Assembly: GCF_964355755.1 (NCBI RefSeq)
Contig: NC_092672.1
Coordinates: 21,341,237-21,405,236 of the forward strand
Source: Antedon mediterranea
Taxonomy: Eukaryota > Animalia > Echinodermata
Direction: 5' to 3'
Length of the DNA stretch: 64,000 bases
Shown in pieces: positions 61,821 to 64,000 of this stretch. The notes below the pieces were generated by a model. It was not told the DNA's origin and searched no databases. It saw only the letters and a program-made list of their open reading frames with translations. Position 1 is the first letter of the stretch, and each line of letters begins with the position of its first letter. A program made the translations under genes and the position numbers.

Positions 61821-63722
61821 TAACATCACTACGACGTGTATATATTTATATAATGTAAAACAATTTGTGAAACGATTTGATCGTCAATAAATATTAAATT
61901 ATCTAACTCAACTTAATAAGTAGGCCTAATGGTTTTCAATTGTTTCTTAGAGCCAATATGAACTTAAGTTGGTTCCTACCCTACCTACCAAAGTTGTTCT
62001 GCGTTTAGGGCATGTGATGTACCGTAGGCCTATCCTCTACTGGTTTTACAACGCTACTCATGCCAGTGAGGGAAGGGTGATGATGTGGGTAGTTTAATTG
62101 CAATAATAAAGATTTGTACATAATATACGGCGAGTGAAAACTCTAGCTCATTATCCGTTTAAAAAAAAATGTATATCCAACCACTGCAGCACAGATTGAA
62201 AAAAAAATGGATCGAATTTCTGTTATGAGTATACAGTACTTGCCTTTACGACGCCTGAGGGAATAGACGCTTGTGGAACAGAGATTGGAATGTTCCATTC
62301 ATCGCAAATCAATACATTTGTATAAACGTATATTAAATCTATCAAAATAGTATTTTTTTAAGAAAATCGGCCTGTCTTCAACATTATGATGCTGTACTCG
62401 AGCTGTTCAACCGGTTTTCAGCCATTAAAAACAATTATCGTAAGAGGAGATAGGAAAATGCGAAGCATCCTCGTATTATTGTCTGCGGGTATTTTTCAAG
62501 ACGGACATCCATTAGACAGTGTATACCACGATCGAAAAACACCCCTATTTGGGGCAAATGGTTGAACCTAAATTAGTTTTAATCGTCAATAACTAATTAT
62601 CGAACTCAATTTAATTATTAAACAGGGTTACATCAGGTGGTTAAAATCAGTACCGAAAGTACGAACCAACTTTATATACCATCGAGTAAACATTCTAGAA
62701 ATAACGCGCGATTTACCGAATTTTGCCCTTACGTAAATTTATATATAGATTAGAGCAAGATTGGTACAAAAAGATTTCACAAAAACAATTCACAATGCTG
62801 TGCCATATCTAAATAAGGACAAAATTCACATGCCAAAATCACACCTTTTACCATGGCAACCATTAATTTTTTTCAAAAATATTTCAGTTTTGTTATATTT
62901 ATCTAAAGTGTGAATAATTACCAAAGTATGAAGAAAATTCATTTTTTTGGCATTTGGCCACATTAGGTTGATATTTGTAGTCAACCGCTCTTAAGACTTA
63001 GAAGATGTGCTTACATCCTCAAAAATGCACTCTCGTAGACGTCATTTTAGATTTGACCAACAATTCTCCAATCAAATGACAAGAATTCGAGTAACTGACC
63101 TCAACTGACCGACACAAAAAATTTCTATTGTTTCGGGACTGAAAGAAACCGAATGCAACTTTAAATCATGTCACACGTCGTGCAGTAAGGGTGACCACGA
63201 CCATATAAGCTACCTTACAGACGGTTACAACGCACATACAGTATTATGACTTATTTCCAATGGAATGGTGTCGGGAACACACACACAAAGTTTGAATCCC
63301 AAATGATCCTAAATGACATAAAAATCACAAACTTAAATCATATTTCTGAGAATTATTTTTATTTACTGAAATTATATTGTTAGTTTTACATGATTTGTTT
63401 ATAATAAAATTTAAAATTTGGATTTTATATTCATTGACATGAAACTTACTCATGCGTGAAAACCAAATCAAAGCTGAAAGAGCTCCACAAAGACCCTGAA
63501 TTCTTACAGTGTAATGGATGTTAAGTTTTATTGTACAACAATTGTATTATTGTTTGTATTGTGAATACAAATTGCTACAACAGCACACGCATGTAAAAAT
63601 TGAATTGTGTCAATATTCATTATTCTTTCAACATATACAGTAGACAATTTGCGGCATTTGACACAACCTTGATACTGGTGGTAGTTCCTGGATTAACATA
63701 CTTAATCCTGACATGAACTGTA

Positions 63723-64000
63723 TTATAGCCTAACTGGACCATGATACAGCAACCCAAGTAACACAATACCAAAAGCTATATCAATGGCAGGAGTTGTTGC
63801 AACTTGCACAAACTTGTTATTGATGGTAGTAGTTCCTTGATTTACAGGCTGACCTTCAACACGTCTACCATTCTGGTGCTCACTAGCTATTGGTTTATGT
63901 GTAGCACATTGTTCATCTGAGCTCTTCTTTTGAGATATTTCATCCCCATCTTTTTTTTGTTCAATGTTTACTAGGCCTATTGTATTTCCTTCACTTCTAC
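63723..64000 (-). CDS. Possible terminal coding exon of a minus-strand gene, ending in a hydrophobic tail
   Basis: ~90 open codons from the window edge: RSEGNTIGLVNIEQKKDGDE...ATTPAIDIAFGIVLLGLLYHGPVRL*. Confidence 0.45.
   Translation of the reverse strand, partial: RSEGNTIGLVNIEQKKDGDEISQKKSSDEQCATHKPIASEHQNGRRVEGQPVNQGTTTINNKFVQVATTPAIDIAFGIVLLGLLYHGPVRL

Overview
AT-rich, intron-containing animal (marine invertebrate-like, possibly echinoderm; inference) genomic DNA, not prokaryotic. The main feature is one + strand multi-exon gene (~5.86-44.33 kb) that I reassembled from GT-AG sites with matching intron phases. It encodes a Roco-family protein: a ROC GTPase with G1-G5 motifs, a COR domain, a Ser/Thr/Pro-rich linker and C-terminal tandem death-effector-like domains. 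The linker is built from in-frame 66-bp tandem repeats that each carry a CAG|GTCAGT splice site, plus paralogous mini-exons, which suggests splice-tunable linker length. A decayed death-domain exon with an amplified 81-bp unit lies downstream. The rest of the window is dense nested mobile DNA: Gypsy inside Gypsy, a 5S-derived SINE, LINE fragments, MITEs resembling Kolobok, MULE, Harbinger and IS3EU, an intron-containing Academ-like transposon relic, and several satellites. A possible terminal exon of a minus-strand gene runs off the right edge. Family names come from motif recognition only; no database search was run.
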